Below the pieces are notes generated by a model, which made no database searches, had not been told where the DNA came from, and saw only the letters and a list, made by a program, of their open reading frames with translations. A program made the position numbers and the translations under genes. 64,000 nucleotides of DNA from Octopus sinensis (taxonomy: Eukaryota), in assembly GCF_006345805.1 (NCBI RefSeq), contig NC_042998.1, positions 161,014,001-161,078,000 on the forward strand, given 5' to 3'. Below are positions 28,312-41,034 of the stretch, one piece after another (positions within the stretch are counted from its first letter, which is position 1; each line of letters starts with the position of its first letter).

Positions 28312-29415
28312 GTGAACAAATTTTCTGTTATTCTTTTGCTATTCATAATGCATGAATGTATGTATATTGTAAATGTGTATCTATCTATTTGTTTGTGTGT
28401 GCATGCATGCACATGTGGTGTGTATGAGATAGATAGATAGATACATAGAGAGAGAGTAGTTTGTAAATCTTGTAACATACGTTGAAATCTCTCATATTTG
28501 TCAAGACAGGCGGCAACACTTTTGAGTAAGTGGAAAACTTTTAACTAAATCGTAACTGTGGCAATGTTTGCAACAAAGAAGGAATGTGAACAAAAATGCT
28601 AATGCTCCATTTTCTTTTTAAGGAAAAACACCACAAGGAATTTATTAAAGGAAACTGAAAAATTACAGAGTAAGGAAGAAATTAATAGAATATGAAAAAG
28701 ACAGAAAATGTCTTTATCCTGTGTCTTTTAAGCAAGCTTCCTTTTGAGAAATAGTAACTTAGTTGAATTGTTGTTCATATGGCGCTACTTGGAGGTATGT
28801 GTATATACAAAGAACAATTTTAATCAATTCTAGAAAAATGAATTACTATGAAAAAACTGTTAAAAGCATTTTCAATTGTAAAAAAAAAAGAAGAAAAAAA
28901 TATTTAAAACATTATTCAAACTATGAATATCAATAAATTTTGCAATTGGTTTATGTTGTTTCTGTCATGTGTCTTTGCAGGAAATGAACATGCAGAGAGA
29001 ATGGGATGTGAAGGAGATATGCTAAGAAAACTTAAAAACAAAAAGAGAAATTTCTTCCAGACAAGCTTTCAAAGGATTCATAAATTATATACTTTTACTA
29101 CCTCCCATCATATTTTCACTTTTACAAATTGCTTAAATCATTAGCATTCAGCTTAGGATGAACATATTTCAAGGATTTGTGAATTATGGGACATAAGAAA
29201 ATCAAAAGATATGAAATATCTTAAATGTTCTTTAAGCATTTCAGAGTAAGAAACATTACTATTTTACAACTATTGACATGAAATTATGTTCTTTTGATGA
29301 ATTGGTAATGTTGTTAAATAATATTTTCCCCATGATTCATCGTATAAAGTAGACAATGAATTTTGGTAGGTGGAAACTGAGCAGAAACATGTAATGTGTG
29401 CATGCATGTGTGTGT

Positions 29416-29446
<31 letters not shown>

Positions 29447-31254
29447 CGCCTATGTCTGAATTTGTATCAGAGTTGTTTTTGTGTTTTGTTCCTTTATATC
29501 CTGTAACTGAGCTGTTTCTCAAATTTAGAGATTGATAAAATAAGTACCACACTGTGATATATACTGAGGTTAAGATGATTAAGTAAAGCCTTGAAAGCAG
29601 TTCCTCAGGAAAACCCCAATGCAATGACTAGCATCAGTAAATGAACAACAGAATTTGGTTCAATAAATCAAAAGAAAAAATACAACTTGCAGAAAAATTA
29701 AACAAAAATGGAGTTTGAATTTCTTTGAATTTCAGCATTGAGATATTTGGTGAAGAGGATAAAAAAAAAGACTATCAAGTGAATTGGATCATTTAAACTT
29801 GTAAATTTTAGTAATTAAACTTAGACTCAATTTAAGTTTTCAATATAGTCTATGAAGTAATATGCATGCTTCATGAAAGTGCATTATCAAGACAAAGACT
29901 TAAAAAAAGGTAAAATCAATTTGAATGATGTGTGTTCAAAAATGTTTTTTTTTCTAAATCTTTTTATTACTTCATAGGACTAGAAACAACGAAATTCCAA
30001 ATTTTACCTCTACTGTCAAGAAAACCTACATCAGTTTAAATTAGGAATGAAGAAAACTGGTCATACCAAAGCTAGAAGCAGTAATGCGATGATAGAGAAT
30101 AAACAAATGATTGAAAAAATATTTTGGCAATGAGAAGAGTGGCAGGGAGAGGTTAAAACTCACAATGAAGACACATTTTTGCCTGCATCAGATATGTTCC
30201 AGAATTACTGTCATCTGGCTTTCATCAAGAGCAACAAGGCAATAAAGGGAAGCAGGGAAGAAGATTCCAGGGGATAGCATTCAAATTACATACTAAACTA
30301 ACATCTTGGCAAAAGGAATAAATAATAAACACAAACGAAAAACAACAAAACTATTTACAATATGCAGGAAAATAATAAGAGAACTCTTGCCATATATAAA
30401 ATTAACAATAGCATTAATGCTAATAAAACACAAATATTTTATATGCCCAATGAATAATAGTTTCCATTGCAGTAGCAGAATCTAAAATGTTGAATTGAAA
30501 TATTTCTAAATTAACCTTTCAGTAATTTATATACCTCCTTAGATTAAATATATCTTTTCCAACTGTCTTACAAATATAATTTTAGATCGTACAGTATATA
30601 TAAATGAATAACAAAGTATTAATAAATAAATGTACGTTTCAGAAAAAGAAAATGAAAGCTAAAAGAAAAATACATGACTTAGCTGATCAATGTTATTCTA
30701 TAATGACCAACACAAGAACAGAAAGAAAAAAAAGAAGCATATTATGTAGATTTGTAGATTTTAATATTACTGACTAGATTCATGGATATTATATAGGGAC
30801 ACTAGGCATTATTTATGGCACATACAAAATAAATAAATAAATAACCAACTTTCTCAATAATATAACATAATGTAAGTGATTTTAGCTAATAAGGTTTCAT
30901 ATATATCAATATCTATCTATCTATCTATAAATATATGGATGTATTACAGGCAAAAAATGTTATAGTAGTTGCATGATATTAAGAACATGACAACCAATAT
31001 AGTGTTAAAGTTGCAATAAAATGTACCCAATACACAGTGTCAAGTAGTTGGAATTAGGCAGGGCAGTTAGTTATTGAAACAATGGTGAAATAAAGTATAT
31101 GAGTGATACATGGTTCTCTGACATGTCTACACAGAACAATAACTCTGAATATGAGCTGACTTAGATTCTGATGGCCCATTTAACTTATGTATGGCAAGAA
31201 GATATAAAATGATGATGATGATCACACACACACATACATATATCTTCATTTGCT

Positions 31255-31370
31255 TTTTACATCTGTTTTTCCATGCTAGCATGGGTTTGATGAATGTATT
31301 ACTGAGGCAATGTTTTTGAGCCAAATGTCCTTATCACTCACCATTATTTGTTTTTCAAGAAAGGGACACA
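31255..31370 (-). mobile_element. short RTE-type 3' tail remnant
   Basis: Contains ttttccatgctagcatgggtt, which is shared with the RTE 3' ends at 21975 and 43878. Confidence 0.5.
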
Positions 31371-34300
31371 CACACACATAAAACATGCAGAAATGATAAC
31401 AATTATATAAATTATTGTAATTTATCCTCTTAGTTTGATAAACTAAGTATCTGTCATGTTCTAGGGTTTATTTAATCAATTATATCTGTTCATTTACGAA
31501 TTTGTTGTCCTGGGTCAATGTAAGAAAGAAATCATTAATAAGGCCAATATAATTATTATTTTCAATTCTTATTATCAGAAGGAAATCATATTTTAATCAT
31601 AAACTATCTTTTTTCCAAATTAGTTTTCAATGTCTTGTTAAATCATTGAAAAACTACAAAACTATTTACATCTGATGCATATACACCATATACATATCTG
31701 ATGCATATATGCCATATATACTCAAAAGGTAGAAAATAGCCAGAGATCTCACCTGATTTTGTACACTATGTACTCTTATAATGACAGTAAATTTAAATCT
31801 TGTGCACTTCTTTCTCTACAGAAAAAGTACTGAGTTTAGAACTCTGCTCTTAAGTATTTCTTTTATATAATCTACTAACACAACACCTAAAGTGAAAAAT
31901 TTGAGTATTTCAAAGAGAGACATTTCTTTAGATATGTTCTGCTATGTTTGATAACTGTTGATTCATTCTAAGTGTTATCATCTAGTTAATTTTTAAAAAC
32001 GAAGAGTAAATAGAAAATTAACAGTCTGTTTCATTTATTCGTGATGTTTTCATCAAGTTAGTGTCACATAAAGTTATATTTATCAAACATTTGTAATGAG
32101 TTCTTTTTCCTTGCTAGTTGTTAATGCTTTTCATTGAAAAGTATCAAGTGATTATACTTGCAACCTCCAGGCAAACTCACGCAATGACATGTGTTTATAG
32201 CGTCTCACTAGTTACTGGTCTCTCTGGATTCTGACAAAGCTTCAGGGAGAAACCAAGATGGAGTTTATTTCTAATGCTTCCAGTATTAACTGTTCTTGAT
32301 CTCCCTTTACAGATTAATTATAGACAGATTGTTTGAAGTCCATGCAATGTACATTTCCACACTGTTGGGAGCAACGTCTTTTAAAAAAAAAAAAAAAAAA
32401 AATCCTCTCCCACGCACACCTTACTCTGTAATGTTAATCATGCCAACATGGTCACAGAACTACAAATACACACTCCAGGGCTTGAAAGAGTCATGCACAC
32501 TGAAATTTTAATTAAATATCTTTGTTTAGGTTAAGTTTTCTATAATTTATTGCTTTATTGCACATTTCAATTTTCTTTTTAGTTCTTCAATTGCAATCAA
32601 TAATTGACAAGATGAAACTCTCAAAGCTAATACAATGAATAAGAATGATTAAACTTTACAAACTTCATATCAATCTTGACTTAAATTCTGACAAAATAAT
32701 CAAATCAGTGGAATATAGTATTTTTATTAACCTTCCTGCTGTAAAGATATTTATCTGAGAATAAGTTGCAAGACTAAGAAATCTAAGCAAATAAGATATT
32801 TATTATTTTCAATTCTTATTCTAGTTCAACAACTCTGAAGAAGTTCAGGTCAGATAAGTGTAAATAAAAATAACAGCAATAGCAATGATGCATATTATTT
32901 AAGACTGCAATGCTTGAGTGGTCATTGATTTTGTCAGATGTTATACTCACATGACAATTGATATGGAAAAGAGAAAATCAGAATTAATGCATTTCATTTG
33001 GTATATAATTTCTGTTTTTTGTAATTGAATTGACAGCAGTATATAACTGGTATAATTTTATCAGACACCCTTGCCAGACAATCCTGCTCATGAATATAAA
33101 ATACAGTTAAGTTCAATTGTTATATTTTGATATCATTTAACTTGAATCATACTAATAGTAGTTATTATTCATTTAGATTATATTACACATGGTTTGCTTT
33201 ATTATTTTGTAAAATACTTTGGAGTTTCCTTTAAAGAATAGGAAGGGGAAAGGGTACGAGTAAGATAGATTTCTTGATTTTGAATGATGTTAAATAAAAC
33301 AAGGTAAACACTTGTTAGGAATCTGTTTAAAGTAATAGGTTATGACACTTTAAATGTTGTTTTCAACTAGTTTTTTTAAAATATATTTTTAAACATTTTT
33401 CAAAACTGAGAATTTATTAATTGATAACAAGAAAGAAAAATAAATATTTAAACTTTAAAACAATTATAATTAAAATAAACAACAGAAAATAAATATTTTA
33501 AAAATTATTCCAATACTAAATCTGGTATGCATTTAGCAATTTGTCCCAAGGAAACTAAATACAATGTTGAAATGTAAAAGTAGTTGTATCAGTAGAAGAG
33601 CTAGTGGTAGAGTAGGGTGAAGGTGGTGGTAGTGGTGATAGCAGTGTCACATAAATCAATTTGATGAGGACAACGGTTGCTTTAAATTATGAGGACACCT
33701 ATGAATTAATATACATAATTCTTTTATTATCAGTATAAGGATGGAATTTCTTTAGTAATCTAAATAAATATAAACAAAATGATATTAAATATTAATGAAA
33801 GCTAATAACAACATTGAAATGAATCAGACAGACAATCAGACTAACATGAAAGAAAAACTTCAGTTGTTAAACATGGGAGATGATATAGTATTTGTGTTGG
33901 TTTTTCTAGTAAAAAAAAACTATATAAATAAATTAAATAAATAAAAATGAAGTGAAAAGCAACAACATTCTAATGATGTTCTTGTCATGACTAGCAAAAT
34001 TCACAGAACAATAACTTTCATAATTTTTCAATCTTTCTAGATTACAAGATCAAATAGAAAAATCAATAATATTATAGAATATTTTTAGATGATTTTATCA
34101 ACTGAAATCAGCTGAAATACTATTTTAATTCAAGACAGCTCAATACAGTCTCGGAATTTGGGCAGCAGCAGCAGCAGCAGTTATTGGCCTTCATTATATA
34201 TGAACAGAAGGAAAACTGCAAGTGAAGAATAAAGGCAATGAGGAAAGTAAGAAGAATAGAAAGATTGAAATGGTAAATATAGAAAGGAAGGAAGAAAAGC

Positions 34301-35859
34301 CAACAGAAAGGTAATGGGGGAAAGGAGAGAAAGAAAGGCGGGAGAGGAGTGGGAGAGGGAAAGAGAAACAGTAAAAGAGAGTTTTTAATAATTTATATAG
34401 CAGCCATTAACTGTAATGTGCAATGGTTGAAAAAGAATTTGAAATCCATAATCCTCTTATATCTCATGCATATGGTTTGGATATTTATCCGGCTGAATGA
34501 AAACATGAAATATATCCAGTGGAAAAGATGATGACCTCTCAATCATAAGAGAAAGAGAGAGATACAGACAACCATATGATGTGCAAGGAAGTGAGCATAA
34601 CAAAGTAATAAGAATGAAAGTTGCCACAAGAGTGGCTTATGCCAGAAAACATCTCACAGAGAATTAAAAAGTGAAAATTCAAAAGAAGACAAGCCAGTTA
34701 TTGCTAGCAGAGATAAATCTACAGTGGCTAACTACAAAAGTTACCATGTTGAACATACTAATCTAAAATATATAGGCTGTATAAAGACCACCAAGAAAAT
34801 TTGTCTAAATTACTTCACCTGGATGTTACAATGAAATTTTATGAGGGAGCTTAAAATAATAATCATAAATGTGCTTCAAACTAGGAAAAGAAAACAGAGA
34901 AGCTATTTTTCTATAGCTAAAGTATATTAAATTTTATGTAGATGCTAACAGGCATAGGGACTTTCTGAAAAAACAAAATGTAAAAAGCAGAAAAATATCT
35001 TATGAAAACTGTCAAAAGTAAATTTTAAAATATATCAGCCATATTTATCTTTTCCATCAAATGTAAACAAAACCCAGATGACTGTAATTTTGTCAGATTT
35101 TACAACACAATTGTATGAAATAATGCATTAAAATCTTTCAGTGATGATGAAAGCAAGACTTAAAAAACTTTATATCTTACTAGAGAAGCCAAATGAATAA
35201 TAGAATCAACACACAAAATGAAAAGAGATTAAGATAACGTTTGAGCATATGCAAAACTAGTTCCATGACCAAACATCTCTACTATAGGATTTTGCAAGGA
35301 TATACACTCAACTGATTAACAAAACTACAAACAATAGTTAGTTCTCCAACATCAGTAACACCTTCCTTATCAGCATGCCTTACAGAATGACAAAACATCA
35401 GATACAGAAAAGGGTGTATGAAAGTATAATAATACACTGGAGATCAAAACTATTTTTCTTCCTTTGATGATATTAAATTAATTTCTTTTCTTTTTTTTAC
35501 TTTTTAAATATAATAGCATGAGCTGAAATCCCACAGGGATTTATAAAATGTATTATATCACTTTCACATGTCGTCCATTATAAATAGTTATTATTTATAG
35601 AAGAGAAAATAGAATTAGAGCTAAGGTCTTGATTATTGAATTGTCATGGTTAATTTATTACGATAGGGAAATTTTCTAACAGATAAACAGCAGAGAAACT
35701 AATTTAATTTATGGATAGCAACAGACGGTTTAACATTACTAGTTAGTATGAAACTAATAAGTAAATGAAAGCAGAAATATACCAAACTAGTGACAGTATT
35801 AAATCACAAACTGAAGATGGTGGATTGCTAGAATCAGTGGAGGGTTCAAAAAAAATTCC

Positions 35860-36210
35860 TTGTAGTATTTGTTCCAGCTCTTAACATTTTGATTTCAAAT
35901 GCTGCTGAGATAAATTTTGATTTTTATTTCCTTGAGGATCAATAAAATACCAGTGAAGTACAAAAGATGATTCATTCAACTAACACCCACCGTTACCAAT
36001 TTTTGATGCTGTGCCTATGTTATAAAATTAAAGAAAAAAAAAGCAGTGGATTGACTGAATCATTAAAGTTTTTACAAAATATCTTGCAGTATTTCTGGCC
36101 CTTTACATCCCAGGTTCATATCCTGCAGAGATCAACCATGAATCTCTTTTCTTCAGGGTCAATAAAATACTCTCCAAGTATTAGGGCTGATTTAAATGGA
36201 TAACCCTATT
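35860..36210 (+). mobile_element. two strongly decayed type 2 SINE remnants (~35860-35965 and ~36050-36210)
   Basis: Both retain ttgcagtattt...tcaaat/tcatat...ggatcaataaaatac/gggtcaataaaatac, matching the type 2 core. Confidence 0.4.
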
Positions 36211-36361
36211 GACTAAATTGAAGACCTTGTGGCTTTGTTAGAAACAGTTGAGGACATCTGTGAGCAGCTCTTGACATACTGAATGTAGTTACTCAACTGC
36301 CTTCAATAAATTCTTTACTATGGTCAAAATAGTGGGTACAAGTTTTGAGTCCTTCTCTTAG

Positions 36362-36459
36362 GACAACATGGACTGATTATGACTAGAAATACAAAAGGAA
36401 TCAAACTAAATATTTCAACTGATCAACAATCTCCATGTCCTGGTTGTGTTGAAGCAGAA
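36362..36459 (+). CDS. candidate internal exon, product unknown (QHGLIMTRNTKGIKLNISTDQQSPCPGCVEAE)
   Basis: Acceptor ccttctcttag|G, consensus donor GAA|gtgagt and a 98-nt open frame (phase 1/0). No homology was recognised. Confidence 0.3.
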
Positions 36460-36837
36460 GTGAGTAAGGTTACTCAACAAGTTTCACACGACCTAAAACT
36501 ATAACAAATATTTCAAACAGACATAAGTTTGTTAAGAGGATTAAATAATAATAGGAAAATAATTTTAAACAATTTATATCACTATCCATAAGTTTTATTT
36601 ATGTTCTCAGTAATCTGTAGTCTATATAAACATGTCAGTTTGTGATGACTCTAGCAATGAAATAGTAAACTTCATAAGGAGTTCTTAACTTTCATATTTC
36701 AATAAATAAAACAAGGAATAATTTAAGTGATAGGGGGAATAATAACTAGGGGATATGTCTCATAGCTACAATATGACAGACTTTTCAGTAACTGCTAATG
36801 GAAAGATCTATTATAATAGTAATTATAAAGGAGTAAA

Positions 36838-37050
36838 TTGGTACAATCATTAGCATGCCAGACAAAATGTTTGGTGGCATTTCTTCTTCTGCCATTATGT
36901 TCTGAGTTCAAATTTTGCTGAGGTTGATGTTGTCTTTCATTCTTTCAGGATCAATGAAATAAGAACCAGTAGAGCACTGGGGTTGATGTAATCAACTCAT
37001 TGCTTCCCCCAAAATATCAGGCCTATTACCTATTTTAGAAAGTATTATTA
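36838..37050 (+). mobile_element. tRNA-derived SINE (type 2)
   Basis: cattagcatgccagacaaaatg...ttctgagttcaaattttgctgagg...ctttcattctttcaggatcaatgaaataagaaccag...aggcct, ending in an ATT-rich tail. It is the reverse complement of the 43508-43724 type. Confidence 0.8.
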
Positions 37051-39618
37051 ATAATAATTATTAGAACCTTGTATATTATAAGAAACAAGTGCAAAGTTGA
37101 CAGAAAGTAAGGCATATGAGAAAGAGAAAAGGAAAGAAGGGTTTTAGGGGAAAAAATAAAGAAAAAGGGAGTGAGAGAGAATGAACTATTAAACTTATTA
37201 CTAGTCTTATATTAGATGAACATACTTTTTGTTTAATTGTATAAACAATACAATTTTACATTAAATTATCTATTTGACTTGTCTGACTTCATACTTGATA
37301 AACTAGTTAGAAATTATCCATTCAGAAAAACGCCTAAATAGTTGTTCTTATTTTAGAAATGATATATTTATAGTTAAAACACATCACTTCATAGCAATAT
37401 GAATGTTAACATGCAAATATTTTTATAAAATAAATAACAAAAGTCAATAAAAGTAAATTAATCTTCATAGCTGAACATTAAATATAATCAGCCTAGTAAG
37501 CTGTCAATCTCAAAATGACAATACATAAATTGCTCTTGTCACCACAATAGATTATAGTGGCATTTTGATAAGAAGATAAACTAAGCATGGTCACTAATTA
37601 CACAAAGCTTCATAGTTTAAAAAATATGGCAATGTTTGAAGCTAGTTTACAATGTTAAAAGTGCTTTAACTGATTTCCCTGGCAGGCATCAATTGTAATT
37701 CTTTCTATTGACTAAATTACGGCTATTCCCATTTCAACATGTAAATAATAAAAACTAGAAGATACAGATGGCAAACATCCCTTTAATAATAATTTATAAT
37801 TAAAGTAAAATAAAAGGGAAATAATTAGATCAGTGTTGAAAGATAATTAAACAGAAACAAATAATAATTTGTGTACAAGATACTGGTTAGACACTTTTCC
37901 TAAAAAATACACCTCATACTGCTAATAAAACAGTTTAAAGCAATAAAACATCGATTTGGAAACTATGACAGCTTCAAGAATGGAGGAGAAAAGAAAGAAG
38001 AAAAGAATGGTAACAGACAGTGATATTATGTGTGTGACAATTTAGGCCAAATAAGTCAACAATATTGTCATTGATTCATCTGAATATTTTTATTGACACA
38101 ATAAATTAGGGTTAACAGGTCATAAAACCTATACAATAGTGAAACAAAATAGAATTAGAAATCACAGTCACAATCAGCGGACATGACTTACACAGAGAAT
38201 AATGCAAATAATCCTTGAACAACAAAATTTTGTTTGATTTTTAACAATTTTTTTTTATATGACAGACCAACATATATATTTGTCTTTTACTTTATTCAAT
38301 AAACTTGAATATTATATTTTAGTTTTTGCTTTAAAATATTTAATAAATAACAAACTATTTCTGTAAAAAAAAAGCCAAAAAAGGTTTGAATTTTTTTTTA
38401 TCTAAAAGTTCGTAAAGACTAAGGGATGGTGTAGATGATATAAGGTTGAAAAAATGACACAAAGGGCCCTTTATGGCAAATGAAAGGTATGTCTTTTATA
38501 TGCAGAAAGTGACCTGTTTTCATGATTCATTGAATGAGCAGCCATGAGAGACTGCTGAACAATAGTCACTGTTTTATTACGGATACAAGCACTGGATATC
38601 AATTGAAACATAAAAAAAGGACAACATTTTTTAATAATAATGATCAAAGCAGCAACTAACAATAGTGTGATAGTAAAAATATGTTATCAGATTTTTTTTT
38701 GTTGTATTTAGGAACCCAATGTAATGACTTTCTTGCAGCAGATTATGTATCAGCCCCCACCATACCACACTTCACCGCTGCTGCCACTGCCACCGCCACC
38801 ACCACCACTGCCATCAGCCCCACCGCCATCATTAGTTTAATGTCCATTTTCTCCATGCTGGCATGGAACACTATTAATATGGAAGCTATTGAAGTTCCTA
38901 CAACCATAAAGAACTAGATATGTTTAACAAGATATTGTTTTCACACAATTATGAATACCTAATTTATTAGGAAATATTTTAGTTACTCTTATGGCAGTCT
39001 TATTATAGTAACACAACGCTAAAAGATTAGAGCATTCATTATGCTTATTCATACATATTCAAACGCAGTGAATGTGGCTCTGTTAACAAATTTTCAATAG
39101 AAGAGTAAAGTGTTTTATTTGGAAATTCTTATTTCATTCTGAATTTTAACTTTAATAGAAATATTGTTTTGTTGTTGGCTTCAATAAATCTTCTAGGTTA
39201 TCTTTTTTTTTTTTAGTTTTGATTTTCAAAGTTTGTCAACATTTACACTTGAAAACAAATATGTTTCCTTTGTCCTAAAAATGTGTAACTGAAAAACCTG
39301 ACAGCAGTCTATAGGCTGATATCAATAAAGAATAGTGATTCTGACTGAAATATTTGAGGTGAACTAAATGGTACAACAAATGCGGTTGATTATTCAAAAA
39401 TGACAATGGTTATGGGACAGTAAGTCTGAGCTGGAGAACATTTTTAGTAATGGAGACAAATTGTTAGTACATGTGAACCTATAGGCAGATTTTAAAAATT
39501 TATAGGTATTCAATTATTTTAAAATACCATTTTGTCTTGCAAGCTTAAACCATTTATTCTTTTCAAATTTTTAGGGACATCACCAGTGGATGCTTTCAAA
39601 TATATATATATATATATA

Positions 39619-39779
39619 TTCCTTTACCTCCTCTATTTCATCACTGCTGATCACCATTCGATCTGTTGGTACGTTGTCTGACTGCATGAACTTAGTATTC
39701 ATGCAGTTCATCTTGAGACCTACTGCAGTGTTTTTGATGTCGAGCTCTGTCAGCATGGTCTGAAGCTGATCCATGGTTT
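39619..39779 (-). mobile_element. RTE-clade LINE, inverted 5' segment (RT domain part)
   Basis: Open minus-strand frame DQLQTMLTELDIKNTAVGLKMNCMNTKFMQSDNVPTDRMVISSDEIEEVKEY. This is the RT segment that follows the ADD motif and directly precedes the YLG motif found on the plus strand. Confidence 0.9.
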
Positions 39780-39793
39780 GATCCATTGTATTG

Positions 39794-40380
39794 ATGTCTA
39801 CCTGGGACAGGAAGTGAATATGTGCCAAGATATCAAAAAGGAGATCTCATGGAGAGCAAGGGCCAGATGGAAGGTGTTTAATGGCATAAAGGATATGCTC
39901 AAGGGAAGGTTGGACAGGACCACCCGCGCCAACCTCATCAACAGTACAATTCTACCTGCAATGTTATATGGCTGTGAAACATGGGCTACAACAAAGAGAG
40001 AAGAGCAGAGACTGGTAATGGCTCGAAGAGCCATGGAAAGGTCAATGCTTGGTATCTTGTTGAGAGAGCACATCAGTAGCGAGATCATCAGAAAGAAGTC
40101 CGGTGTGAGCGATGTCATTGTAGAGTATACACGCAGCAATTTTAGATGGGCTGGACATGTCGCCCGGCTCACCGATAATCGGTGGGCCCGCGTAGTTGCC
40201 GAGTGGTACCCGCATGAGCGGAAACGACCACCCAGAAGGCCTCCACGACAATGGAGTTATGATTTCAGGAGGACGATTGGGATCACGTGGATGAAAAAGG
40301 CGCGATCCAGAGAGAAGTGGACAGCGTGCTGTGACCAGCGGTGTCAACTGGACGCCTGACGGACTGGTCGGTCAAGGTGA
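39794..40380 (+). mobile_element. young RTE-clade LINE 3' segment (ORF C-terminus plus 21-nt 3' UTR)
   Basis: Uninterrupted frame VYLGQEV...ILPAMLYGCETW...FRWAGHVARLTDNRW...EWYP...KRPPRRPPRQW with stop at 40357-40359. It is about 50% GC and CpG-rich, and (TA)10 follows. Confidence 0.95.
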
Positions 40381-40800
40381 TATATATATATATATATATA
40401 TCAATATATAATATTGATATATATATTATATATGCATAATATCAATATGTTATATAATATTAAACAACATATGTTTTAATGAAATATTATACATAACATT
40501 ATTGCATGTAATTAGAGAAAATCTTAAAGATAAACATGCTGAATAAATCTGGTTCTCAAATATGTATATGTGAATGTGTGCATGTTGGCAAAAAGATTGT
40601 TAGTAAATATCTACATCAAACAAATGTAGTTTGTGGTATTTGCTTCTATGTAAGTTACACCTCATTACACTCAGACTGACTTAGCCTTTCCTTATGGCCC
40701 CTATCTCATCACTGAGACCAAAAAGAGGAAAACATAGTGAAGGAAAGAAGAAGAAAAGTAAAAACAAACGTTTCTATATTTAACTTCAAACTGTTATACT

Positions 40801-41034
40801 TTAACTCTTTTGATACCAACCTGGCTGAAACTACTTCTGGCTCTGTAGTACAAAAACATGTCTTGCTTTCAAAAGTTCTGAATTAAAATCTCCCATCAAA
40901 CCTTAGTCACAATCTATGTTCATAACACTAGCTTAATGATAACTAAGTTAGTTTACTAAATTCTTTGTTATATTTGAAATTAATTGAAAGAAACACAGAA
41001 CATCTCAACATTAATATGATAACCAAAGGGTTAA
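40801..41034. mobile_element. probable piggyBac-like non-autonomous MITE
   Basis: TTAA on both sides (40801-40804, 41031-41034) with imperfect TIRs, ctcttttgatacc and gataaccaaaggg. There is no ORF. Confidence 0.5.

Noticed and set aside
38720-38848. Proline-rich frame EPNVMTFLQQIMYQPPP...
   Set aside because: The prolines come from CCA repeats adjoining an RTE-tail remnant (tccattttctccatgctggcatgg).
39798-40347. Antisense ORFs (124 aa and 101 aa) over the RTE
   Set aside because: They are shadow ORFs of a GC-rich coding strand, with no independent support.
40392-40426. 16-bp AT-rich palindrome at the RTE 3' flank
   Set aside because: It is mostly (TA)n, which is self-complementary by nature.
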